Source: Macrostomum lignano (taxonomy: Eukaryota). From it: a stretch of DNA of 64,000 bases. Each line of letters starts with the position of its first letter. Position 1 is the stretch's first letter. The stretch spans positions 117,920 to 181,919 of the forward strand of contig NIVC01002345.1 of the NCBI GenBank assembly GCA_002269645.1, in the 5' to 3' direction. A program made the position numbers and the translations under genes. Below the pieces are notes generated by a model that did no database searches, was not told the DNA's origin, and saw only the letters and a program-made list of their open reading frames with translations. This document shows positions 31,007 to 43,000 of this stretch, piece by piece.

Positions 31007-34000
31007 ATGGAAGAAGAAGAGGTTTTATCTAAAAAGCAAAGGAACACCTTTAAGGTAAATTATTTGCTTTTTTCTGGACGACTTTCTAAGTGATACATTT
31101 ATCATTTTTTTCAAATAAACAAACTGCAAATTTACCTCATAAATTATTGAAACAGTTCCAAGGCTTCAATGAGCACAAGGAGAGGATTAAGTTAGCCTTA
31201 TTGCGCAACCAGCTCTTTCCAATTAAGGTAAAGTCAAAATATTTTACTTGTATTATTTTCTACATACTTCGAAGCTTAACAAAATTTTACTTTGCAATGT
31301 CTCAATGATTTTTAGCTTGACTCTGATACAGACACCAAGTGCGCTGCAGCATTGGAAAAGTGGACAGAATTAAATTCTACTACTGAATATGGTAAGTAGT
31401 ACATCCAGATATTATCGGTTATGTATTTAATATTGAATAAGAAACCTGTGTGCACTTTGGACCCTTTGAAAATTCTAGTTGCCTTTCGCCGCGACGTGGA
31501 GGTCTTTGTCCAATCTTTGGAGATACTTGTTCTACACAAGGTGAGATAAACAGCATATTTATCAACTGGGTTCCTTTATAATAAGAATTTAACCATTTAG
31601 ATACTAATTTTTTAAATGTACTTTTTTAGGATGACGTCATCGCTACATTTAAAGAGGCCTTGCAGAACAGTAGCATCGAATCGTTGCAGCCAATTATGGA
31701 GTGAGTATACTTAAACATTTATGATTTTTTCGTGTTTTTGAGTCTTATTAACATCAAGTTCACTTTCACGTCCCTAAGTATTCACATTACCATCCCATTC
31801 ACCCACATTGCCTCATTCACCCAGTCACTATTCACATTAGCATCGGATTCACCCAACCACCCACCCACGATTCACATTAGCATCGCATTCACCCACCCAA
31901 CCACCCACCATTCACATTGGCATCGCATTCACCCACCCAACCACCCACCATTCACATTGGCATCGCATTCACCCATCCGCAGATTCGGCGTGGCCCTCTG
32001 CTTCGACCTTAGCGAAGCGATGCAGTGGGAATTCGGCAGCCTCGTGAGCATCTACACGGGCTTGTTGAGCCGCCACTCCGCGGCCAGCAGTCACCAGGCT
32101 CTCGAGCACGTGTTCACCGGCATCTCCTACACTCTGTACGCTTTACGTCGTCAACTGCGTCGACAACCGGACGAAGCAGCCATCCAATTGAAACCGTTGC
32201 TATTGGCTGGCGGTCACGTGACTGAATTAGCGGCCGAATCGTTTGCATTTTTATTGCGCAAATTGCCGAATCAATCTAATCAGCTGACCGCTAGACTGTT
32301 GGACTTATTAGCTAGCTGGTTGGACAGTGCTGCAGCATCTGATGATGCAGATCTGATGACGGAAGCTGTATCAGGCACTGTTTTCTATTGGCTTCGGGGC
32401 GCAGCTGGTCAGTTAGCTGCCGGACCATTCCAAACTGTCTATCCGAGACTTATAGACTGGCTGATTGTCAATCAGGAGCTTCCCGCGACTAGAGAGATCC
32501 GTCTACGCTGCTTGACACTGGTGCATGTTCGCTTGTTGCGTCACGCTCGTCGAGGCGATAACAGCGACGCCGCTATCGAACCTATTCGCCGACAATTGCT
32601 AGACCGGTTAGCCGGCGGTTCAGCTTCCGACGCTGCCGAACTAGTTGCTAGGCTGTTGCTAGGCGAATTCGACGATTGTTATTCGAAGAAAAATCGGCGT
32701 CAAGCTTTGGTATTGTCGCAGGCTTTGATTGGTGGAAAAAGCGACCCAGAGCGATGGTGTCGATGCGTTGAAAAGTTGTCGAACAACCAATCGACCTGGT
32801 CGAAATCTGTCGCTCGTCTGACTGCCGGCCTTACTCGATATTTCTGTCAGAGCAGCGACGGCACAAGCAAAATCACTGTTGATCATTGTCTTGAAGACAA
32901 TTTCTGTCAGCGTCTGTTTCGTTGCTGTCGATTGTCGACCTGGACGCTACCAGATGTCGATGCCGACAATAGTGAAATTTGGCGTCGTAGATTTGAATTT
33001 GTTCAGCTGGTTGGCGGCGCCGGAGTCGGAGATGAAGCCGGTAGCGACAGTGGCAGTCTTGGTAGGCGCTTCCTGCGGTTGGCCTTGCCGATGCTAGCTG
33101 AGGCCGTTTGTCTCGGTGGCGCGGAAGCTTTCGAGCAACTCGGCGCCTTCTGTCTGGCGCCGGCGTCTGGCTGTTGGCGCGCACCGGCGGAGTCGTTCGA
33201 GGCGGTGCCAGCTGAGGACCGCCTTATTGACTGGGCTGAGTGCGGGTGAGCTGAGGGAGGGGTGTAGCCTGTGCTGAGGGAGGGATGTAGCCTGTGCTGA
33301 GGGAGGGGTGTAGCCTGAGCTGAGGGAGGGATGTGCTGAGGGAGGGGTGTAGCCTGAGCTGAGGGAGGGATGTGCTGAGGGAGGGGTGTAGCCTGAGCTG
33401 AGGGAGGGATGTGCTGAGGGAGGGGTGTAGCCTGAGCTAAGGGAGGGGTGTAGCCTGAGCTGAGAGAGGGGTGTAGCCTGAGCTAAGGGAGGGGTGTAGC
33501 CTGAGCTGAGAGAGGGGTGTAGCCTGAGCTAAGGGAGGGGTGTAGCCTCAGCTGAGAGAGGGGTGTAGCCTGAGCTAAGGGAGGGGTGTAGCCTGAGCTG
33601 AGAGAGGGGTGTAGCCTGAGCTAAGGGAGGGGTGTAGCCTGAGCTGAGAGAGGGGTGTAGCCTGAGCTAAGGGAGGGGTGTAGCCTGAGCTGAGAGAGGG
33701 GTGTAGCCTGAGCTAAGGGAGGGGTGTAGCCTGAGCTGAGAGAGGGGTGTAGCCTGAGCTAAGGGAGGGGTGTAGCCTGAGCTGAGAGAGGGGTGTAGCC
33801 TGAGCTAAGGGAGGGGTGTAGCCTGAGCTGAGAGAGGGGTGTAGCCTGAGCTGATTGCAGCATAAAAGATCATGGAGTGGATATGCAAGTGATTTTGCCT
33901 TCAAACACTTGCAGCTCCGAGGAGAAGGTGCTTACAGAACTGAGCAGCACGATTGACAGGTTGGCGTCGTCTGCCGATGGTTTTCTATGCAATCGACTAG

Positions 34001-37000
34001 CATTGTGCTGCAGTTTTCTACCGATGAGCAAATTCGCGTAAGTTTTTGGCAGATTGTGAATATTCACTAATTAACAAAAAATCTAAAATGAAAAAAAATA
34101 TCGAATCATTGTCTCAACTTGCAGATCAGAGTCAAGCCTAGCCAGTGTATTGGACAAGCTTGTCAATCTGACAGTGAGACAGCTGTCAAACAGTTCTCAA
34201 ACAGTTGCCCTAACGCTGGACCAATGCCAAGCATTGTTTCGCTGCATCTACGCTTTGCTAAATCTATCCGCTGATGCTGTTCAACTGCAGAATTTAATTA
34301 GTTCGCTAATAGATTCGTTGCCCTGCAATTGCGCTAGCCCGATCTATTGGAAGTGTATCGATTTTCTGTTGCAATTCCTGTCAGATAGAGGCGACCATTT
34401 GAAGTTGATATTCGACAATAGTAATCTTGCTAATAAGCTCAATAGTTTGGCTATTGATTGTTTAACATCGGCTAGTCATTGCGTCAGGCTGCACTGCTTG
34501 CGCACGCTGCGTCAAATTGTTAAACAAGATGCCAACAATCCAGACGATTCAGTGTTATTATTGTTGCGCTGTATCGAGTCCTGTCTAGCTGCCGAGTCGT
34601 TAACAGTTGGTATTGAAAATCTGCGGGAATGCTTGCGTCTGTTGGATGGTCTGGATGCTGAACGGATGGCAGCTGCATCGGCGGCGCCTAGCGTAGCTGT
34701 CAGTACGCTGTGCTGTCGCTATCTGTTAGGCCTGCTCCGTACCCAGTTCACTCCGCTGTGGACTCCCATAGCTAAACTGTTAGCTAGCCATGCCGCCTAT
34801 GCTGGATCAGCATTTTGGTCAGTTTTAACCTCAGCTCTGACCACCGCTAATATCGACTCAGCTAGCATTATTAAGGACAATGCAGTTGAGACTGACGATA
34901 ACGGCAATGACAAACAACAAAAAGAAGAGGTTGCTATGGAAACCGATTCTGGAGACACTGTTTTTATTAATAGTTTCCTTGACAACGAAACGAAGCGACT
35001 CTCGTACGGCCAGTCAAGCCCGAGTCTTGAGCGCATTGATCCGCTTACCTATCGGCTGCAGCTGTGGCGGTGCCTGCGTGTCCTATCGCCCCAGCTAGTT
35101 GCTAAGCGAACCGCTGTCACCTCGCCATTGATTTTAGCCTGCCTTCGCAACGGAGAATTTTGTCCTAGCCCGAATCGCGAACCTTGGATTATCCGACGGC
35201 GTTGCCAAGCAACCCTAGTTGCTATGCTAGATTTGTACTCCGGCCTGGGGAAAGCTATTAAATGTGTCAGCGGTGAAGCGGAGTTGCATCGCTGGTACTA
35301 CAGCTTATTGCAGTGCTCCGCGGCTCAGGTGATGATCATTAATGACTGGATAGAGCTGAGCTAAGGGAAGATTGAGACTGCATAGAGCTGAGATAGGGGA
35401 AGGATAGAGACTGTATAGAGTTGATCTAATGGAAGGATGGAAACTGGGTAGCGTTAAGGTAAAGAAAGGATAGAGTCAGGATAGAGCTAAGAGAGGAGAA
35501 GGATAGAGTCAGGATAGAGCTAAGATAGGAGAAGGATAGAGTCAGGATAGAGCTAAGATAGGAGAAGGATAGAGTCAGGATAGAGCTAAGAGAGGAGAAG
35601 GATAGAGTCAGGATAGAGCTAAGAGAGGAAAAGGATAGAGTCAGGTTAGAGCTAAGAGAGGAAAAGGATAGAGTCAGGATAGAGCTAAGAGAGGAGAAGG
35701 ATAGAGTCAGGATAGAGCTAAGATAGGAGAAGGATAGAGTCAGGATAGAGCTAAGAGAGGAGAAGGATAGAGTCAGGATAGAGCTAAGATAGGAGAAGGA
35801 TAGAGTCAGATAGAGCTAAGATAGGAGAAGGATAGAGTCAGGATAGAGCTAAGAGAGGAAAAGGATAGAGTCAGGATAGAGCTAAGAGAGGAAAAGGATA
35901 GAGTCAGGATAGAGCTAAGAGAGGAGAAGGATAGAGTCAGGATAGAGCTAAGATAGGAGAAGGATAGAGTCAGGATAGAGCTAAGAGAGGAAAAGGATAG
36001 AGTCAGGATAGAGCTAAGATAGGAGAAGGATAGAGTCAGGATAGAGCTAAGAGAGGAAAAGGATAGAGTCAGGATAGAGCTAAGAGAGGAGAAGGATAGA
36101 GTCAGGATAGAGCTAAGATAGGAGAAGGATAGAGTCAGGATAGAGCTAAGAGAGGAAAAGGATAGAGTCAGGATAGAGCTAAGATAGGAGAAGGATAGAG
36201 TCAGGATAGAGCTAAGAGAGGAAAAGGATAGAGTCAGGATAGAGCTAAGAGAGGAGAAGGATAGAGTCAGGATAGAGCTAAGATAGGAGAAGGATAGAGT
36301 CAGGATAGAGCTAAGAGAGGAAAAGGATAGAGTCAGGATAGAGCTAAGATAGGAGAAGGATAGAGTCAGGATAGAGCTAAGAGAGGAGAAGGATAGAGTC
36401 AGGATAGAGCTAAGAGAGGAAAAGGATAGAGTCAGGATAGAGCTAAGAGAGGAAAAGGATAGAGTCAGGATAGAGCTAAGAGAGGAAAAGGATAGAGTCA
36501 GGATAGAGCTAAGAGAGGAGAAGGATAGAGTCAGGATAGAGCTAAGAGAGGAAAAGGATAGAGTCAGGATAGAGCTAAGAGAGGAAAAGGATAGAGTCAG
36601 GATAGAGCTAAGAGAGGAGAAGGATAGAGTCAGGATAGAGCTAAGAGAGGAGAAGGATAGAGTCAGGATAGAGCTAAGATAGGAGAAGGATAGAGTCAGG
36701 ATAGAGCTAAGAGAGGAAAAGGATAGAGTCAGGATAGAGCTAAGATAGGAGAAGGATAGAGTCAGGATAGAGCTAAGAGAGGAAAAGGATAGAGTCAGGA
36801 TAGAGCTAAGAGAGGAAAAGGATAGAGTCAGGATAGAGCTAAGAGAGGAAAAGGATAGAGTCAGGATAGAGCTAAGAGAGGAGAAGGATAGAGTCAGGAT
36901 AGAGCTAAGAGAGGAAAAGGATAGAGTCAGGATAGAGCTAAGAGAGGAGAAGGATAGAGTCAGGATAGAGCTAAGATAGGAGAAGGATAGAGTCAGGATA

Positions 37001-40000
37001 GAGCTAAGAGAGGAAAAGGATAGAGTCAGGATAGAGCTAAGATAGGAGAAGGATAGAGTCAGGATAGAGCTAAGATAGGAGAAGGATAGAGTCAGGATAG
37101 AGCTAAGAGAGGAAAAGGATAGAGTCAGGATAGAGCTAAGAGAGGAAAAGGATAGAGTCAGGATAGAGCTAAGATAGGAGAAGGATAGAGTCAGGATAGA
37201 GCTAAGTAGAGGAAAAGGATAGAGTCAGGATAGAGCTAAGATAGGAGAAGGATAGAGTCAGGATAGAGCTAAGTAGAGGAAAAGGATAGAGTCAGGATAG
37301 AGCTAAGAGAGGAAAAGGATAGAGTCAGGATAGAGCTAAGAGAGGAGAAGGATAGAGTCAGGATAGAGCTAAGATAGGAGAAGGATAGAGTCAGGATAGA
37401 GCTAAGAGAGGAGAAGGATAGAGTCAGGATAGAGCTAAGATAGGAGAAGGATAGAGTCAGGATAGAGCTAAGAGAAGTGAAGGATAGAGTCAGGATAGAG
37501 CTAAGATAGGAAAAGGATAGAGTCAGGATAGAGCTAAGAGAGGAAAAGGATAGAGTCAGGATAGAGCTAAGATAGGAGAAGGATAGAGTCAGGATAGAGC
37601 TAAGAGAGGGAAAGGATAGAGTCGGGATAGAGCTAAGAGAGGGAAAGGATAGAGTCAGAATAGAGCTGAGAGAGGGAAAGGATAGAGTCGGTATAGAGCT
37701 AAGAGAGGAGAAGGATAGAGTCGGGATAGAGCTGAGAGGAAAGGATAGAGTCGGGATAGAGCTGAGAGAGGAGAAGGATAGAGTCGGGATAGAGCTGAGA
37801 GGAGAAGGATAGAGCTGAGAGAGAGAAAGGATAGAGTCGGAGTAACAATAAGTAAATCAGGATCGAGATAAGGAAGGGGTTAGATTTGATAATAATTTTG
37901 TTTGAAAAAGCATTTCTCTTCATTTCCCAGGTGCGCAAAGCGGCACTGCGATGCATAATAGCCTACGGCGACAAGACCCTGGCGGGCAAACCGGCGGCCG
38001 CCTCCTCAGTGGACTGGATTGGCTTTTTGCATCGTCTGTCAGATTTCAAATCAACAAAAGAAGCTTTAGTTAGCATCGGCGGTGACCTGTCGGAGGCTAG
38101 CGAACTGCAGAGGCAGGCCGTCTTAGCGGTTGCTATGCGCCTGTTGCTGGGTAGGGTGCGCAGCGGCGGCGGCGCTGGCGGTCAATTGCAATGCATCTTC
38201 GCTTTCCTAGAAGAGAGCTGCCAACCGGAGGAGCGAAGGAGCTTTCTAAATCAGCTGTTGTTTGATCAGTTTGCCGGATTAAGCCTGGACAATGTGTCCA
38301 GTATTGAAATTGACAGCGACGTGTCCATTGGCAGGCTGCAGGCTGCGGCGAAATGCGCCCTGCTTGTGCTGTCCAGCATGAGACTGGATGCCAGCGAGCT
38401 GTGCAAATTATACAGTCTGCTGCTGTGTTTCTGCGCTTTGCTGCCGCGGTTGGCTGCAAGTTTAGCCGCTAATAATACTACTAGTGTTAGTCGGATCGCG
38501 AGTAGTCAGTTGCGTGGCTTGAGACAGGCTTGTCAGAAAGCTGTTCTGAGAGCGCTGGAGTCTGGCAGCGATCGGTTGCTCACTGAGCGGCTTATTGATG
38601 ACACTTTTAAGTGAGCTGTGTTTTTTATTATTGTTCAGACTGAGTAGTCCATCGCCAGCCTCCCAGATCCTCAGTTGCTGTGCCAGCCTCCCAGATCCTC
38701 AGTTGCTGGGCCAGCCTCCCAGATCCTCAGTTGCTGTGCCAGCCTCCCAGAGTGTCAATTGCTCGGACAGCCTCCCAGATCCTCCGTTGCTGGACACTGC
38801 CGGTGGCGCGGCCTTTGTTCGCGCCCAAGCCATGACAAAGCCGCCCTGTGACGCTGACTTTTGCCACCCTGACAGCATATTTTGTTGTTGTTGTTCAGTT
38901 GCTGGGCCAGTCTCCTAGATCCTCAGTTGCTGGGCCAGCCTCCAAAATCCTCAGTTGCTGGGCCAGTCTCCCAGATCCTCAGTTGCTAGGCCAGCCTCCC
39001 AGATCCTCAGTTGCTGGGCCAGCCTCCCAGATCCTCATTTGCTGGACCAGCCTCCCAGATCCTCAGTTGCTAGGCCAGCCTCCCAGATCCTCAGTTGCAA
39101 TCCCTTATCGTATACTCAGATAGGCTGGTTAAGAACCCACTTCTGCAAGTCACTCGGTTGATCGATCCGCCCTTAAAATTCGCAGGCACTGCGTGGAGCC
39201 CCATCTGCCCCGCCTAGCAACCGAAGCTGCCACCGCAGGCACACCCGGCCTCGCGCTGCGTCTGCTCCAGATCTGGTCGGCCGACAATCGTCACGATCGC
39301 CTATTAGAAGGCCAACCAATTCAATCGTTAGCCGAGTTGCTAGGCAACGCTAATTCGCCTAGCAACGGAAGCGTTAGCGAACCTGTCCTACTAGCCTGCC
39401 TGTCAATCTTCAACAATTTACTAGGCGAAGAGGCGGATTCCACTGCACCGATTGAGGCAATGCAAGCTGATAATAGGAAGCTGTCCCGGCCTCACTATCT
39501 GATGCCGGTTGCAGATTCTCTAGCCAGCTTCGTGTCCAATCGTTTATCTCCCGGTAGATTAGAAGCTTCCATTGACGTGTCCAGAGAAGCGCTAAGGTTG
39601 CTGGCTCTTCTAGTAGACAACGGTCTGTACAGAGCCGAGGCGTGCGAGAAATTGGCCGGCACCCTGCTCAGACTGCTGCTGCTACCAATGGATGGAAAGA
39701 AGAGCAAATCATCAAAGAAGAAAGTTGGCGGCGGAATTGGCGGACTGAGAAGCGACGAGTTTCAGGCGCGTCTGTTGGCGGCCCTGCTGACTCTGTTGAA
39801 GAGGGCCGCCTCACCATGTCGGACGCTGTTTCTGTGAGTTTTATCAGTCTCAGGGGTGAGATTCCAGTCAGTCTTAGGGGTGAGATTCCAGTCAGTCTCG
39901 GGGGTGAGATTCCAATCAGTCTCAAGGGTGAGATTTCAATCAGTCTCAGGGGTGAGCTTCCAGTCAGTCTCAGGGGTGAGATTCCTGTCAGTCTCAGGGG

Positions 40001-43000
40001 TGAGATTCCAGTCAGTCTCAGGGGTGAGATTCTAGTCAGTCTCATGGGTGAGATTCTAGTCAGTCTCAGGGGTGAGATTCTAGTCAGTCTCAGGGGTGAG
40101 ATTCCAATCAGTCTCAGGGGTGAGATTTCAATCTATCTCAGGGGTGAGGTTTCAATCATATAGTCTCAGGGGGGAGAGATTTCAATCATATAGTCTCGGG
40201 GATTTTAATCATATAGTCTCGGGTGAGATTTCAATCATTTAGTCTCGGGAGATTTCAATCATATAGTCTCAGGGTGAGATTTCAATCATATAGTCTCAGG
40301 GGAGATTTCAATCATATAGTCTCAGGGGGATAGGGGGAGATTTCAATCATATAGTATCAGTATTTAAATATTCACAAGTCAAACTTATAGTTTTAACAAA
40401 AAAATTATACTTCATATATTCCCTACTAAATCTCATATTTATTTCCACTAAATCTCATCGCACATGCAGGCAAGCGTTCACGCTGTTCTCAAAGCTCACT
40501 CACCGATCCAGTCGGATACTGCTCTGCCAAATAGCGGAGGCTGCCGTCAGTAAGCTGGGCTTGGTCAGCCAGCCTCTGGGCGAGCTGGCTAACGATGTAA
40601 GATACATTTCTCCGCATTGATTGCTACTTAGGGTTTTTTTCTAAGTAGTGCAGTTTGCCTCTGACTATCGTAAATTAGTTGGCAAATAAAACCGTTTTTT
40701 AATTATAGGTTATGTATATACTGCCTATTGTAAATCAACAACTGCATTAAGAAGGCATTTAGTCTATATAAAATGGATAATTTCGCACCTTTGTAATAAA
40801 TTATTCTAGATTATATCTTTTTTAGCCTAAGCCTTTTACCTTTTCCTGTCATTTAGCCTGTTTATAGCTGCTATTAATTTTGCTGCTAGATGCTTATGTA
40901 GATTAATCTGAGACTTCAACATCAACAGTTCCATAGGCTCGAACGATAAGACATGGACTGTGCATGCTGTCTTGCCTTGGTTTTTGCTGTCTAGATTTGT
41001 GTACTTTTAGCTGTATTATTATCGCATCTGAAGTATAGAATACACCTTATACATATTTATACATGTAGAGCTAATTCATTGACTTAGTTAGGCAGGATAG
41101 ATGGGCTATCCTGATCAGTAGAATAAAATAAGTTATTTTATCCCTATTCTTTCACTATCTCCTTTCCCAATGAACATACCCCTATAGCATTTGTTCAAAA
41201 TTTGTCCTCATATGGTTTAGTCAGGGTTTTTGTTTTAATTCGATAGGGAGGCATTCGTTTAAATTATTTAGCCAATCAATTTTATCGTGCGACCATTGCG
41301 TGACTGTTCGACTCCCAGTGAGTTCTGCTCTCCACTTTTGTGGGCGTCCCAGTTGGCCCATAATTTATGGCCTGCTCATATTTTCTTTTCTCTCGATAAA
41401 TTTCTCGATTTTTTACTGTTCATTTTTCTACCCTTGTTTATCATCCGCCGAATTTATTCATTTTTCTTATGCATCCTTTCTTCAGACTCTGCCATGAACC
41501 CTCCCTCAGACTCTGCCATGAACCCTCCCTCAGACTCTGCCATGAACCCTCCCTCAGACTATACCATAAACCCTCCCTCAGACTCTACCATAAACCCTCC
41601 CTCCGACTATACCATGAACCCTCCCTCAGAATCTACAATGAACCCTCCCTCAGAATCTGAAACAAACTATTTCTTAGAATTTGCTTCAACTGTTTCTTAG
41701 ATTCTGTAATCTCTTCAAATCTACTTAATTCTTTACTTTTCTATTCCTCCTGTTACTTTTTCCACTAATAATTATTATACACTGCAGCCAACGGCCCAAC
41801 CTCTTGGGTGCCTAGCCATCCAGCGCTGCAAGTTAAGCAGAGTTGGTTGTGGTTAGTACGCAGCTTGCGGCACCCCTCGAGTGCGGACGCCTTGAGGCTT
41901 GAGCGAGTAATAAAACTAAGCTGAAAGCTCTGTACAATTTGTACACAGTATTGCTTATGAATACAGATTTTGCTGAGCAGTTCACTCACAGCCAAACCAC
42001 TTATCCACCCATCCAGTTGAACGCCTGGGACAAACGGCACATTGAGATGCCCGACTTCGAACGGCGAGAACGCGGCCATCAATCAGCTTTGACAATTGTG
42101 ACGGCTTTGACAGCCGGTCCCAGCCTCTCTTCTTCATCATTGTCTGGCTGGTCTCAACTGCTTAACAATCGTTTAGAGACCCTGCTCATCGCTGAGCACT
42201 GCGCTCTGCATACCCTGGCTCACGTGACTGACGGCCCTCTGAGATTGTTGGCTTCGGAATTGCTGCAGTCTTTGATTGCTGCTTTGGCCGGTTTAGACAT
42301 TGCGAGTACCAATGCAGCTGATCGTGATGAGTCTGAGGCTCGCTCTCGCGTGCTCAATATGCTCCTGTGGCGCTCCGTCTGGCCAGCCATTGCTCAGGGC
42401 GTCAAAATGGACGAGGTGAGGGGCCAGCTAGGTTTGCTGCTTGTTTTTTGGGGATCCTGTTCTCTCCCGCTATTATCCCGTTTTCTTCCCTGCTCTGCAA
42501 ATGTCCTCCCAGACTGACTCAAGTACCTTCTCGGACTTCCTATACCTTTAATTCCCCCTAATACTATCCTAGAACCTGCTCAAATTCCCCAAATACCTTC
42601 CTAGATTCCCCATAGCCTCTTAAATCCCCCAAATACCCTTCTTGATTCCCCATACATTCTCGAATCCCCCAAATACCTTTTTTTATTCCCCATACCCTCT
42701 CGAATCCCCCAAATACCTTTTTTTATTCCCCATACCCTCTCGAATCCCCCAAATACCCTTTTTTTATTCCCCATACCCTCTCGAATCCCCCAAATACCTT
42801 TTTTTATTCCCCATACCCTCTCGAATCCCCCAAATACGCTTTTTGATTCCCCATACCCTCTCAAATCCCCAAATACCCTTTTTGATTCCCCATACCCTCT
42901 CGAATCCCCCAGAAACCCTTTTTGATTCCCCATACCCTCTCGAATCCCCAAATACCCTTCTTGATTCCCCATACCTTCTCAAATTCCCTAAATACCCCCT

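Noticed and set aside
41765-42016. Minus-strand 105-aa ORF overlapping UTP20 intron 11 and exon 12
   Set aside because: Partly antisense to a UTP20 exon, with no recognisable domain or splice support.
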